Shown here: in pieces, positions 1-12,479 of the stretch
Layout of the letters: the number at the start of each line of letters is the position of its first letter
How positions within the stretch are numbered: position 1 is the stretch's first letter
From: Eledone cirrhosa
Lineage: Eukaryota
NCBI GenBank assembly: GCA_964016885.1
Contig: OZ024740.1
Span: forward strand, 388,430,001 to 388,494,000
Direction of reading: 5' to 3'
DNA length: 64,000 bases
Notes under the pieces: generated by a model
Database searches by the model: none
Told to the model about the DNA's origin: nothing
Seen by the model: the letters and a program-made list of their open reading frames with translations, nothing else
Program-made: the position numbers and the translations under genes

Positions 1-661
1 GCCTTCCGATTACATTCCATGTGTTAAAATCCCTACCCACTCTAGCATTAAAGTCACCAAGCACGATGACTTTGTCTGCCTGAGGGATATTTCTTAAAAC
101 ACCTTTCAAGGCATGGTAAAAGGACAGTTTTTCTTCATCGACAGAATTCATAGTTGGAGCATACACACTCACCAGGGTAGCATATCTTCCCTTGTCCAGC
201 GGAACTCTCATGGACATAAGACGCTCACTAATCCCCACTGGGAATTCTTCTAATTTATTCACCAGTACAGTCTTAACAGCAAATCCTACCCCAGCCTCTC
301 TTCTGGTTCCTTCATCTCTTCCTTTCCAGAAGAATGTATATTCTCCACAAAATTCCGTAAGATGACCATCTCCAGCTAACCTCGTCTCAGACAAAGCCAC
401 GATGTCAAGATCGTAACGTCGAAGCTCCTTTGCAACAAGAGCGGTCCTTCGTTCAGGACGCTCCAAAGAATCCCTGTCAAGCAGCGTCCGTACGTTCCAG
501 CAGCCAAGACTAAATGCCCTGTTTGGCTCTATTACAATGGCACGATGACGGGCGGGCCCAGGTTGTGATAACTTGGGGCCCCTGCCCTTATTGCCAATGA
601 TCTTTTTTGTTCCAGAACCCAAATTGGCAATTATCTCGTTTACATTGTTCTGGAACATCAT
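1..661 (-). CDS. RTE-clade LINE ORF, N-terminal AP-like endonuclease (runs off the left edge of the window)
   Basis: Manual translation from ATG at 661, in frame with LGCWNVRTL..RTALVAKELRRYDLDIVALSETR..YTFFWKG..GVGFAV..VYAPT..VIVLGDFNARVG. Absent from the ORF track, apparently because no stop lies inside the window. Confidence 0.85.
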   Translation of the reverse strand, partial: MMFQNNVNEIIANLGSGTKKIIGNKGRGPKLSQPGPARHRAIVIEPNRAFSLGCWNVRTLLDRDSLERPERRTALVAKELRRYDLDIVALSETRLAGDGHLTEFCGEYTFFWKGRDEGTRREAGVGFAVKTVLVNKLEEFPVGISERLMSMRVPLDKGRYATLVSVYAPTMNSVDEEKLSFYHALKGVLRNIPQADKVIVLGDFNARVGRDFNTWNVIGR

Positions 662-1036
662 TGAATTGGAAAAAAAAAAAAAAAAAAAAAAAGTAATAAT
701 AATAGTAATAATAATAATAATAATAATAATACTACACTATTAATAATTATTAATGCACTCGTGCAATGCCTGTGCGTGACGAATATTTTTAAAGTGAGGA
801 AAGACTGTGCACTGAACCAATCCCACTCTCTGAGCGACAGTAGCTATAACCCGAAAAGAAGAAAAGGTCAACATCATCGGTAACTACTGAGCCGCAGGTT
901 TTATATCGGAGTTAACCCAGTTTCCTGAGATGCCTTCTCCTAGAAGAATACCCTGACATGGGCTAGGGGTTCTTCACTCCCAGTGGTTTAACTGCGCGAT
1001 CGGGCATCCAGCCCGATTATTTCTATGTCCCCGCGC
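1..1036 (-). mobile_element. 5' portion of an RTE non-LTR retrotransposon including its 5' UTR
   Basis: APE ORF plus a GC-richer upstream leader (about 740-1036) with CTAGGAGAAGG..AACTCCGATATAAAACC, resembling RTE 5' UTRs. Bounded by an A-tract at 1037. Confidence 0.7.
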
Positions 1037-1496
1037 AAAAAAAAAAAAAAAAAAAAAAAATTACTTATTGACACTTATACGTACGACATACACACACACG
1101 CATACATATGCGTAGACACAGCAACACTCATACACACAACAAACACACACACACGCTACTCTACTCACTTACACGCACACACACACATATATATATATAT
1201 ATTACCGTCATTACTGATACAAGATTACCAGATTATGTCAACTGTTGACTTTCAAGAGTTTGTATAGTTGAAGCCGATCGTATTACAGTCCAGTATTACT
1301 ATAATTGCTTTACAGCATAGAGTTATGGCTCTCCACGGAGTCAACAAAAGAGAGTACCAGTGATGCGCTGGACAGTCGCTGGATCCGTGCCAAAAGCAGA
1401 AAAATTATTATTAAAGTTGTTCTTAAGGCCAGGTCGCTGGTGATGGTGATGGCGACGGCGGTGGTGGTGGTGGTGGCAGTTGATGTTGTTGTTCTG

Positions 1497-1545
<49 letters not shown>

Positions 1546-1561
1546 GTTATTTTGAGTTTTT

Positions 1562-1631
<70 letters not shown>

Positions 1632-1893
1632 GGAAAAAATGAAACGAAATTTCATTTCTCACTCTTAGTATGGCTGTTACTTAAATATAAGTATGTATAC
1701 GTACATACATATATGTATACAGACGTACAGTAGTATTATATATATATACATACATGCACACATATATATATGTACGTATGAATTCACCGAACATTTATTA
1801 TAATGCTCGGTATGTTTGTAAACAAACATCCCGAATTAAGCCGTACAGTGTCTAACAACCATCGTTGCTCATTTGTTCAACACTGACAAAGGA

Positions 1894-1936
1894 ACGCTAT
1901 ACTAGTTTCAAGCTTATTAGCTATCGTCAGCAACGT
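1894..1936 (-). ncRNA. Minimal type I hammerhead ribozyme
   Basis: Minus strand: ACGUUG-CUGACGA-U AGCU AAUA AGCU U-GAAA-CUAG-UA/UAGCGU. Stem I has 6 bp and the palindromic CUAG replaces stem III. Confidence 0.8.
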
Positions 1937-2321
1937 ATACCTTCCTGCAAGATGATTGAACGTCTGAAAGTATATACTTTCCTTATGCATATTAACGGCT
2001 GAGCAGCCTAATTTGCATATAGAGTGAGTTAATCGGCTGGGTACCGAAAACGATAAACGGAAAAAATGAAACGAAATTTCACTTCTCACTCTTAGTATGG
2101 CTGTTGCTTAAATATAAGTATGTATACGTACATATATATATATATATACAGACGTACAGTAGTATGTATATATATATACATACATGCACATATATATAAT
2201 GTACGTATGGATTCAACGAACAGTTATTATAATGCTCGGTGTGCTTGTAAACAACATCCCGAATTAAGCCGTACAGTGTCTATCAACCATCGTTGCTCAT
2301 TTGTTCAACCCTGACAAAGGA

Positions 2322-2364
2322 ACGCTGTACTAGTTTCAAGCTTATTAGCTATCCCCAGCAACGT
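2322..2364 (-). ncRNA. Second, core-mutated HHR copy (CUGGGGA)
   Basis: Same fold as 1894-1936 with stem I ACGUUG/CAGCGU, but CUGACGA is changed to CUGGGGA. Confidence 0.6.
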
Positions 2365-2499
2365 ATACCTTCCTGCCAGATGATTGATGTGTGCAGGAAA
2401 AATTCCCCAATAGGGGGGAGAATTCCGAGGGACATTTGTGGAGAAAGCCCATTAAAAGGCCACAGTGACCCTGACCACCAGGGCAAGTGCCCTCTCCCA

Positions 2500-5400
2500 G
2501 TCTTCCATCTTTAATTTACAGACACATACTCAGGGTAGGCCCATTCACTCGGGCCATAGTTGCTTCTCTCACCCATCTTTCAACAAAATGCTGGGAAGAG
2601 AGCACTTCTCTCTCTACCGTGATTTTCCTTTTCAAATGAAATTTGAAAAAGTTAATCAGGCATCACCGAAGAGGTAAGTGCTCGTCTTCAGCCCTTTCAA
2701 ACGTGTCCACCATACTATCTCTTTCGTCATAGCCACCAGAAGGATAAAAACTTCCTGCCCTTCCCGGCTAAAGGAACAGGGCGGGGCAATCCTCACGATG
2801 GATTCAGCTGATAGCTGGATCCGTCCTACACGTGACAGCAGGTGTTCGACATAAACCCACAAGTCAGCAAAGCTCGGACATTGAAGAGTGCGTGCAGGAC
2901 GGTTTCGTCGCCCTGCGTGCATTTCGGACATGCCCGACTGACGGCACCTCCATGCCTGTAAAGTTTATCCCGAACTGGCAAAGCTCCTCGGTAGCACTGT
3001 CAGGCCAGGGATTTCTGGAAGTTGTCCATAGGCCCCGGCCCGAAAGTCCTTCCGCAGAGATTGGATAGTTGATTTTAGTCGACGCCTAGACTTTCTCCAA
3101 GTACGTCGTCGCTCTTCCCCTCCACTAATCCTCTATAGAACGCCAAGCTGGAGTTTCCACCGATCACATTGCCAGATTGGTCGAGGGCTGTGAGCGCCTG
3201 AAGACATTCCAGTCTCCTAGCGCTCCCTCTCGGTCTTCGCTTGACCCAGGACTGCAGCCCCGTCATGGAGACGAGCTGGGGAAAGACGTGTCTAGCAAAC
3301 GGCGACCACACCTGATCACCGTCGAGGAAGAGGTGGAGATGTCGTAGCCTGAGGCGTGTCTGCGCATCATCAGCCACGGCATGCCCAGCCCTCCACGTAG
3401 CGGGTGTTGACAGCAGATGGACCGCCTGACCATCGGAGCGCGTCCCTTCCACAAAAAGCGAAAGAGCAAACGCTCCAGCGCAGTCAGGCTGGGCTTAGGA
3501 CAAGGTACGACGGTCAGGCGGTAGTAGATGACGGACGCGATGTACGCGTTGGCCACCTCCGCTCGACCTTTCAGGGATAGCTTCCTATCCGCCCATTTCT
3601 GGGTGAGAAAGGCTCGTCACCTCGTCCCAGTTTTTGTCCGTCTGGAGGTCCGGACCGAACCAGAACCCTAGCAATTTAACCGGTCCGTCCGTCCAGCGCC
3701 CGACGACGCTGTTGGACGGCATGGACCTGCCTCTCCAGGTGCCGAGCTGCAGGCCCACTGACTTTTCCTGGTTGATCATTGCTCCTGTCACCGCTTCGTA
3801 TTCTCTTAGTGTAGTGCCGATCGCCTCGATGTGTTTGGCATTCGACACCACTACGGTGACATCGTCGGCATATGCTGACACGGATCTTCCGCATCCTAGT
3901 TCGCGCGGGACGCCCCTCAACCTCTCCAGTTTGTGCAGTAATGGCTCGAGAGTCAATACGTACAAGAGGGACGAGAGGGGACATTCTTGGCGGACCGAGC
4001 GCATGATATTGAACTGTTCCGAAAGGTGACCGTTCACTCTCACCACAGAGCAGATGTCGCTGTGCATGGCAGCGATCCAGCCTCTGAAGACGGGCCCAAA
4101 GCCAGCCGCCTTCAGGACTGCCACTAGGTAACGATGGTCGAACCTATCGAAAGCTTTCGACTGATCTAAATTGATCAAAGACCCACTCGTGCCAGGTTCC
4201 CTAGCTACCCTCACTATGATGTATCGCATGAGGTGGAGGTTATCGTGGATGGATCTGTCGGGAATGGCGCATGTCTGCGCCTCTCGCACCATACCACCAA
4301 CGACAAGCGCCAACCTCTTTGCTAGCACCTTGGCCAAAATCTTGAACTCTGTGTTTAGCAGAGTTATGGGCCTGAAATGATCTATGTTATCCCCCTTGTT
4401 CGGATCCTTTCTCAGCAGCGCCACCGCTCCTCGGCTCACAGAGCTGAGAATTCTCCCGTTCTGTTGCCAGTTGCAGTAGACGTCCGCCAAGAGGCCTCCG
4501 AACAATTCTGGCATCTGTACATAAAGTTCATAGGGCAGACCATCCAAATCAGTCGATTTACCCCTTGTGCAGCCAGTCATTGCCTCCCGTACTTCAGCTG
4601 CTGTTATTGGCTTTTCGCAACACTCCGTCTCAGTGGCCGAGAGCCGCGGCAGTCCGTCGAGGTAGGCACTAAATTCCATCCGTCGATCCGGCCCGCCGCT
4701 GCCCCCGAACAGCTGAGCGAAGTGTCGCTGAAAAGCTTCACACATTTGCCCGGGATCGAGTAGCATGCGCCCGTCGCGGTCCACCAAAGACCGGATCGTG
4801 GCTTTGTTGCCACGACGCGCCTCCGCCACTCGGTCCCATTGAACGGCTTTCGTCCCCTCGTGTCTTAGAGCACGCACCCTAGCTCTGACAACGCAGCCTT
4901 CGTGCTTTGCATTGAAGAATTGAAGAATTGGTCAAGGGCTAATTTCGCCGCAAGTACGTCGGTCGCGATGACTTTGCTAAGCGCCTCGTCTAATTTTCTA
5001 ACTTGTTCTCCCTCTGCTCTATTATTCTCTATTGCTAAAGCCTTACTAAACCTAATGGAGTCTATTCTGATCGCTCTTTTCAGAGCAAACCACCACTTGT
5101 TGTTGACGATGGCCTCCGTCAACTCCCGCTTAACTAATTCGCTAATCCGGTTTCTGTAGGCCTTGCGCACTGGTAAGGACGCGTTTAGCTTCCAGTAGCC
5201 GGGTCCTCGTCTATGAAGCCTATCTAAGTCAAGCACACAGATCACGAATTTGTGGTCCGTGTAGCTGACTATCTTGAATTGTGGACAGCCTATGCTAGAC
5301 CTATCTATTTCCCTACAAAATACTCTATCTAGATATGATCTGAATGACCCTATGCGATTTGTCCAAGTCCACATTGGTACATTCGGGAAATCCATTCGGT

Positions 5401-5932
5401 ACCTGTCAGACAGTTCAAAACGTCTGAGCAGGTTGGTGAGACTCTTGCACCCTCCTTCCCTATCCACTAATCCCACACAATCCCAGCGTGCTTGTAAGAT
5501 CCCGTTCCAGTCGCCCACTAACACTAAAGAGCGGGACGTTCCAAGAAAGGTCTCCAGACGCCGGAAGAAATCAGGCCGCCCTGCTCCTGTCGGGGCATAG
5601 ACGGCCACTAACATGAAAGCTTGCCCGTCTCCGCTGGTCACGTTTAGCACCACCAACTTACCTTCTGGGTCCAGGAAGATGGCCCGTATGGCAAGATCCA
5701 AACCTCTCCGAAAAAGCACAGCAACTCCTCCCCCCGATCCCAGACGGCTGGGAGATGCGTACACATCGTAGCCGCCGAAGATCGGTGCGAAAGCCTGTGC
5801 TTCGGAGATTCTGGTCTCGCTGATGGCCACTACATCTATGTTTAGTGACCTGAATTCGTTGAGCAGGTGGCCCTGCTTCCATGACGACCCCAAGCCACGC
5901 GCATTTATGCTGCCTATTCTGAGTGAGGTCAT
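2500..5932 (-). pseudogene. L1/Tx1 ORF2 (APE endonuclease + reverse transcriptase), frameshifted
   Basis: SINARGL, ISET, VYAP, GDWN, YLDRVF, TDH (APE); GPGYWKLN; RPITLLNTEFKILAK, DQSKAFD, VRQECPLS, YADD (RT); FLWKG..GGLGMP. Left limit approximate. Confidence 0.9.
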
Positions 5933-5966
5933 GTTGAAAAGGAGTGGAAAAGATGGGAAAGACCAC

Positions 5967-7881
5967 TTACCTTACTTCTCGTAGGGGAAGGACGGTTTTT
6001 CCATCCTTTTCACTGCTTGTGGCCTCCTCAGGAAGGATGTCCTTATAAATCCTCCTGGAGAGTGCTTGTCGGAAGTCTCCGATGTCTTTGGGGAATTTTT
6101 GTTTTAGTGTCATGTACGTTTTCTGTGTGATGCGAGTGATTTGTATGTGTGGAGGTGGTGTGAATTTTGGGGTTGTTGTGTAGTCTTTTTCTGTGATGCT
6201 GTTGTTGTGTTGGATGTAGTGTAATAATTGCTTGTTGTTCAAATTTAATGCTGTGTAGTGTGTATCGTTTTGGTTGTTTTGTTTTGTTTGCGTTTGTTGT
6301 GGGTTTGTTTCTGTTTCGCATTTTGGTGACTTTTGTGGTGTAGGTGATGGTGGTGTTGGGGTTAATGATGGTGATGGTGTTGGTGTTTGGGTTGATGGGG
6401 TTGGTGATGCTGGTGTGGATGGTGGCATATCTGTCCTAACTTTTTTGTTTCTTAATTTATTTGTTTCCCTCTGTATTTTGTTTTTGGAGGGGGAAGGAAG
6501 AGAATTTTTTCTTTTTTGGTTTATTTTTTTTTTCCGGATATCGTTTCCCACTCCTCGTCGTCACAATCTGTCTCCAGTTGTGATAGGCCGGGGAGTGGAA
6601 AATCCTCCACAGCCGTTAGTTTTGGTTGTGGCGTGGTGGATGGTGTAGGCGCTGGTGCTAGTTCTGAAGCGTTGGGTGGTGGTGGTGTTGGTTTTGCTGG
6701 TGGTGGTGGTGGTGTTGGTTTTGCTACTGTTGCTGGGGTTGTTGCTGTTATAGTTGCTTCTGTTGTTGCTGCTACAGTTGTTGCTGGCATCTCTGCTACT
6801 GGTGGTGTTGATGGTTGTGTCACTGGGGTGAGTAGGAGAGGTGGCCTCAACCTTTTAGCCTGAGGGCAGAAAGCCCTTAGGTGGGTTCCTTCACCACAAA
6901 CGACACACCTAGGTCTTCTGCCCTCGACAATTACCGTGAGGTGGCTGCCGTCAGTGAGGTCTATTACCTCTGGGATCTCCTCAATGCTTTTTTGGTCCGC
7001 TTGGATCAGGAGCTCCATCCCAGATCCGGACCAGTTCTCCTGCTTTTCTTTTGCTATTGCTATTATTTTTGTGTTGGCTTCGATGCCGGCGAGGACGGCC
7101 GCTATTAGCCAGGGAATTTCGATGGCCGGTGTAACGTGGGTCACCCTGATCTTTACGAGTATCTGGCCACAATAGCTTGGGATGAGTGTGAAGTCGTCAC
7201 TTCTTAATGGGGCCATGGAGTGTTCTCTAGCCTCCTCTGGTGTTTCAAAGAACACGTCCACGGTCCCATACTTCTGCCCACGTCTGATGTGGGTTTTTCT
7301 TGCCCACACATGTCCCAAAGCTTTTTGGATTTGGGACTCAGATGCCCGTTCCACTCGGCGCGATTTTACATTTATTGTTCGATACGACACGGTGCATAGG
7401 CGCCGATGCTCCATTTTATTAGGTGGGGGTGGTGAGGCTGACCTTGTACCCATCTTTCTTTACCATTTGTTTGGCATTTTCTAAATTCTCCTGAGTTACC
7501 GTAAATGCTTCGAACTGTTTTGCTACTATTGCAGGTGACGTCAGTCGTCTTTGGTGGGGAAGAGTCCATTTTGCTTGATTTCATTTCGATATCACGAGTT
7601 AATTTATTTTTTTCTTCTTTTGTTTCTGTTGTCGTGGTGGTGGTGGGGGTGGTGGTTGTCGCGGTGGTGGTGGTGGTGGAGGCTTTAACACCTGCAGTCA
7701 TTGGTAATGGCGGGAAATGAATGTCTGCCTGAGACAAATTTAAAATATTGCTACTGCTTATATTTTTTTTTGTGTTGGCAAACGTAGTAACATTTACAAT
7801 GGTGGTGTCGGTGTGAGGTGTTAATTTGTGAGGAAGGCTTTCAGCTGCTTGGTGCAGAGGTGAATTAGCCATTTTTTTCAA
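5967..7881 (-). pseudogene. L1/Tx1 ORF1 (gag-like; CCHC knuckle; Pro/Thr-rich), split into 7372-7881, 6521-7453 and 5967-6551
   Basis: VIVEGRRPRCVVCGEGTHLRAFCP is a CX2CX4HX4C knuckle. One break falls at the A/T homopolymer near 6525-6535. Confidence 0.75.
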
Positions 7882-8080
7882 AGAAATTTTTTTGATAATA
7901 ATAAAAGTTTAAATTTTGGGCACAACGCCCCAATCGTTTTTGGAGTCCTTTTCGGAAAACAATGTATGTGCACTTATAAACAGTTAACAATAAAATTTTC
8001 CATAAATGACAATTTTTAACAAACGGAAATAACAAACCTTTGCGGAGCTCACGATGATACGATTTACTACGTAGGTCGCC

Positions 8081-8152
<72 letters not shown>
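8081..8152. repeat. (AAT)n microsatellite
   Basis: Direct read. Confidence 0.95.
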
Positions 8153-8628
8153 CTAAACTATAATAAAGTAAGGAGTGGGGGTCTGCAGCCAGAATATGTT
8201 TTTTTTTATCCCGTTTGTAAAATAAGTTGGATTACTTTAAATAGATAATGAATTAATATTACATAATTTATCTACTAATTTTCGTTATTCTTGATTAAAT
8301 ATAAGTAATTGTGTTGCTTATTTTAAGATTCACTTCTTTAAAATGTTCAAATGTGAACACTTCCAATTACCGATCGCTTAAATAAAAATTCATATTTCCG
8401 TCACTAATTTTCTCCTAATGCAGTTTATATATAATATCGTCTTTTTTTAATGTATCATAGATTACGCAGTCTTCGTTCAATTTCTGTGTATATTGTCAAT
8501 TACGATTTTATTTTATGTACCATATCTACATGCATATATACTTGCGTATAATATCAATATGCACACTACACATGCTAGCAGAAAACTACCCGTAGGGTGG
8601 TTTTTCTGCTAGTAATAATAATAATAAT

Positions 8629-9060
8629 AAAGACCAGCTTATTGAAATCGAAAAAATGTGGCAGGTCAAGGCCGTTACAATACCATTGATTGTGGGGGGA
8701 CTGGGAATGATCAAGAAAGGAACAGAACAGTATTTGTGAATGATTCCTGCTTTACCCTCTCTGCAAGAGGTGTAAAAAATTGTTTTGACTGGTACTGCAA
8801 ACGTATTGAGAAGAGCACTATCTCTGTGAGAATGATACCCCCGTCCCTTGTGTGGTTGTGTTTGTGAGTAGAGCACTATCTCTGTAAGAATGATATCCCT
8901 CTGTAAGAATGATAAGCTGTAAATTATATTCAATGTGGTGTATTAACTGACTTACCAATGTATACAGTGAATTTATTTGCCCTAGGTGTCAGGAAGATAC
9001 TCGACATATATCAGACGTAATACTGAAGGAAAAGGAAAAACAATGAAAAATAATAATAAT
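8629..9060 (+). mobile_element. 5'-truncated R4/Dong-like non-LTR fragment (C-terminus of the REL endonuclease + 3' UTR)
   Basis: Translates to KDQLIEIEKMWQVKAVTIPLIVGGLGMIKKG..LQEV*KIVLTGTANVLRRALSL*. Flanked on both sides by (TAA)n, the known Dong target. Confidence 0.7.
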
Positions 9061-9899
9061 AGTGATGGCATTAATAGTGATAATAATAAGAACGATAGAA
9101 CAATAATACAGTAAAACTAAACAAATATAGTATGGGTTTACCTCTGGCTTCGTACGTTACGGCAATGTGTATTAATTGCAATGAGGATCGATAGAAAAAA
9201 AGGTTAAATACGGAAAAATAGAGACATATATGGTATCCAGAATGTGTTGAACTTTTATTCTAATCATTTATACTCTAAATTTTATCTTATGTAAAATCTT
9301 TTAGTTTAAAAAAATTTAAGTCTCTTTAATTCCCATTAGAATGTTGGGGAAATTTCTAAATATATATAGAAAGGTGCTTAGAGTGTAAATGGGAAAGGAT
9401 TGATACGATGGCTGCATATAACTAGGAAAATCGATTGGTTCTGAAAAGACTGTGTGAACGGAATGGAGTAGGTAAAATGTGATAAACAATAAAATTTAAA
9501 ATAAAGGTAAAACTAAAGGTAACAATAAAAATAAAGGTGCAGATTGGAATAAAAATAGAATAAAAAGGTCAATATAGTATAAGAGATAAAAAATAAAAAA
9601 TAAAGGTTTAAGTAAAAATATATATGGAGGACAGTGTAAGATAATACAAAAATGTTTTGTTAAATTTTTAAGATTTTACACCTCTAACATGTAATAAATA
9701 TAATAAGTAGAAAATAAAAGACTACACATACATATAAGTAAAATAGAATATAAAATGCAATATATCAAAACAAAGTGAGAATATAAAAGATATAAAGGTG
9801 TACCTCGAGAGAGTCTGGTATGTTTACGGGAAACTAATAGCCAATGAAATTACCGTTGATAATATAACATAAATAAATACAGTAATATAACATCGAATA

Positions 9900-12230
9900 T
9901 AATAAATAAATCGATGGAGAAAGGTAGATGAGATAATAGAAACAATAAATAGAAGCAAAAATAATGCAAAACTAGAAAGCGTTAATTGTATGTTTTATAT
10001 TCAACTTATCGAATCTTTAGACTTTAGTAAAGTGTGTTGTCACATGATATTCCGAAATGCCTAATTGCCTAGAGATATGCTTTCAAGAAACTGTTGGCCA
10101 GTCTATGGTAGCAGGTCCCAAATAGTTCCATTCTAATAATTATTAATGTCATTCTATTTATTATTTGATGACCACGGCAGTACACAAGTCACATACGTCG
10201 GAACCGCCCTTGTAGGGGTGTGTGGATCTAAATATCAACTACGAAAGGGAATAACTTTTTAGTTAATCTAAGACTCTACAGCAGTTCTCCGAGAGCTGCG
10301 TTATGTTTCTTATCTAGTCTTCTAAAAGTATGGCAGTAGTTATATCAACTTTCCTTAAACTAAGTAACTGTTCCACACACGTACGTATATATTTCATTAC
10401 ATTCATAAATAATATTCCCCCTAAGACTCCTTAGAGGGCCTAACTCTGTCTTCTAAACTGGGGCATTCATCCGAGGTACCACTGGCAGCTTGGTCCACTT
10501 GCTTCTCAGTGTGTATAACAATGTTAGTCGCTGGAAGGGTATTTCCTGCTCTCCCACCTTCCAGTGACGCACAAATGGTGTAGAGATATCGGTTCAGTGT
10601 TAAGGCTCCTATAATTCCTATTGTTGTGTACTTTCGCTAGTCTACTGGGGTTGATAGCATTTATGTTCTGTGCTAGGTTCTTAGTCGTGGCATATGTATA
10701 GCTTGACTGTTTGCGTATTGATTTTCCTATGTTGCTTAGGAAAGGACTTGTCAAGCGCCTTGAAAAACTTGAAGCTATAATGTTGTGTAATCTAACACAA
10801 TATCGAATATTATACCACACAACGACACGGGATCGAATTTTTCTCTTCGCATTTGGTTGGGTCCGAATTCTACATTACTAAAACACTCACGTGTATGATT
10901 AAGTGTCAGTCGATTCCGCCGTGTCCTTATCTGTCCTAGCATACATTTCTCTGTGTAGTCGGTTTTGATCAGGACGCAGATATAATAATTTGAATACTTT
11001 TAACATATTTAGATTCACGTTTGGCTTATGATAGCTGCATTGTAGACTGAGTTGCGGGTTATACGTAAGAAGTTTATTATTGCTTTGTTCCTATCAATTC
11101 GAATTCCATTCCAACGTTCTTGAAAACTTTTTAATCAGCTGTTGTTATGGTTGAGTAGGGTAAAAAGGGCACAATTGCAATATACGCTCTGTCGAGCGCC
11201 GGAAACTCCTTCTTCAGGCTTTTCAGGATGTATATACTCACGAGGTTAGTCACCTAATTTGTGTCAATGGACGTTATATCGAAATTGTCCGGCCAGTCCA
11301 TCCTCGCTAAATTTAATTAGTGTCTTCTTTGCCGTAGGAATAATATTTATTTCATTACAGATTAAATCCGTATGCTTAAGTGCGAATATAAGAGAGTTTT
11401 TTCTAATACTGCCAGGGAAATTAAAACATAATAATTAGAAGTGTCTAATTGGATAACGTTGGTTCTACACGTATTCTACAAAATGTTAACCCACTCAATC
11501 ATGTCAGTTGTTTCGGACCAATTTTTGAGTTGTAGTTTCTTTCTAAGTGTGCGTATCTAAAACGTGTTTGCTTATTACGCCAATGCCAGACCTGAATGGC
11601 ATAATAATTCTGACTGAGAGGTCAGTTTCCTAATTAGGTTTGTGCTTCTTCAGTGTTATCCACGGTTTTCCTGTTTGATACGGTTCCGTTCGGTTTATCA
11701 CATTGAGTCTGGATACTATCTTATTCGCATTGAGTGCTTTAACTTATTACATCTTAGTTTACAACCGGAATTACCAGATTTACCCATTGGTAAACCAGAC
11801 AATATAATTTGAGGATACGGTAAATGTGGCAATATTATGCACAAAAATCATTTTTACGCATTTGATAATACATCTCTTTTGTAAAAGAAAGGCAAAACCT
11901 CAGCAGGAATTGTTAATGAATCTCAAATGTAGTAGAATATAACCTAAGAAATTATGAGTTCATTAAAAATCATTCAAATGGTTAATTTGGAATGTTGTCA
12001 TTGTCACCGGCTCTGCGTTTTCTAAGATGAAATTCCGGCTCATTTCACAGGAAAAGTAGTGGTATATCTGTGATTGATATTATCAGCAACGGAAATGTAA
12101 ATGAACACATAATACTTAGTCCGACCTGAAGATCAACCTTTCTTTCCTTGCAGTGAAATAATACGATATGGTTGATGAATGAAGAATTGTTTAATGACAT
12201 ACATGAAGACCGAATTTATATTCCCATTGG
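9900..12230 (-). mobile_element. Highly decayed Penelope-like element related to the 20551-24722 element
   Basis: Remnant peptides (FDIT..VTNLVSIYILKSLKKEFP; QLKNWSEN; LCVTGRW) parallel those of the 21.8-24.2 kb PLE. Boundaries approximate. Confidence 0.5.
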
Positions 12231-12240
12231 CATTTTAAAA

Positions 12241-12391
<151 letters not shown>

Positions 12392-12479
12392 CATGCGGAT
12401 GCATATGTGTGATTATACATATAATAAATATGTGTGTGTTCGTGTATTAATTTATTTAATCAATTTTAGCATCTATATA

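Larger units (their letters stand above)
1626..2387 (-). repeat. Head-to-tail tandem of a ~428-bp HHR-bearing unit (PLE pseudo-LTR / retrozyme-like); second copy cut by the L1/Tx1 element
   Basis: ATAAACGGAAAAAATGAAACGAAATTTCA recurs at about 1626 and 2053, and homology continues to about 2387. Starts in (TA)n. A related fragment lies inverted at about 40190-40245. Confidence 0.8.
2388..8080 (-). mobile_element. Near full-length L1/Tx1-clade LINE with frameshifts
   Basis: ORF1 with a zinc knuckle, followed by ORF2 with APE and RT. The 5' end abuts (AAT)n at 8081. No clear poly(A) tail or TSD seen. Confidence 0.9.

Noticed and set aside
1025-1733. YI/CV/HT/RE-repeat ORFs here and throughout the window
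   Set aside because: They are translations of dinucleotide microsatellites.
12122-12200. CTGAAGA-TCAACC..GGTTGA-TGAA at the end of the decayed PLE
   Set aside because: Suggestive of an HHR relic, but it lacks GAAA, a clear NUH and stem I.
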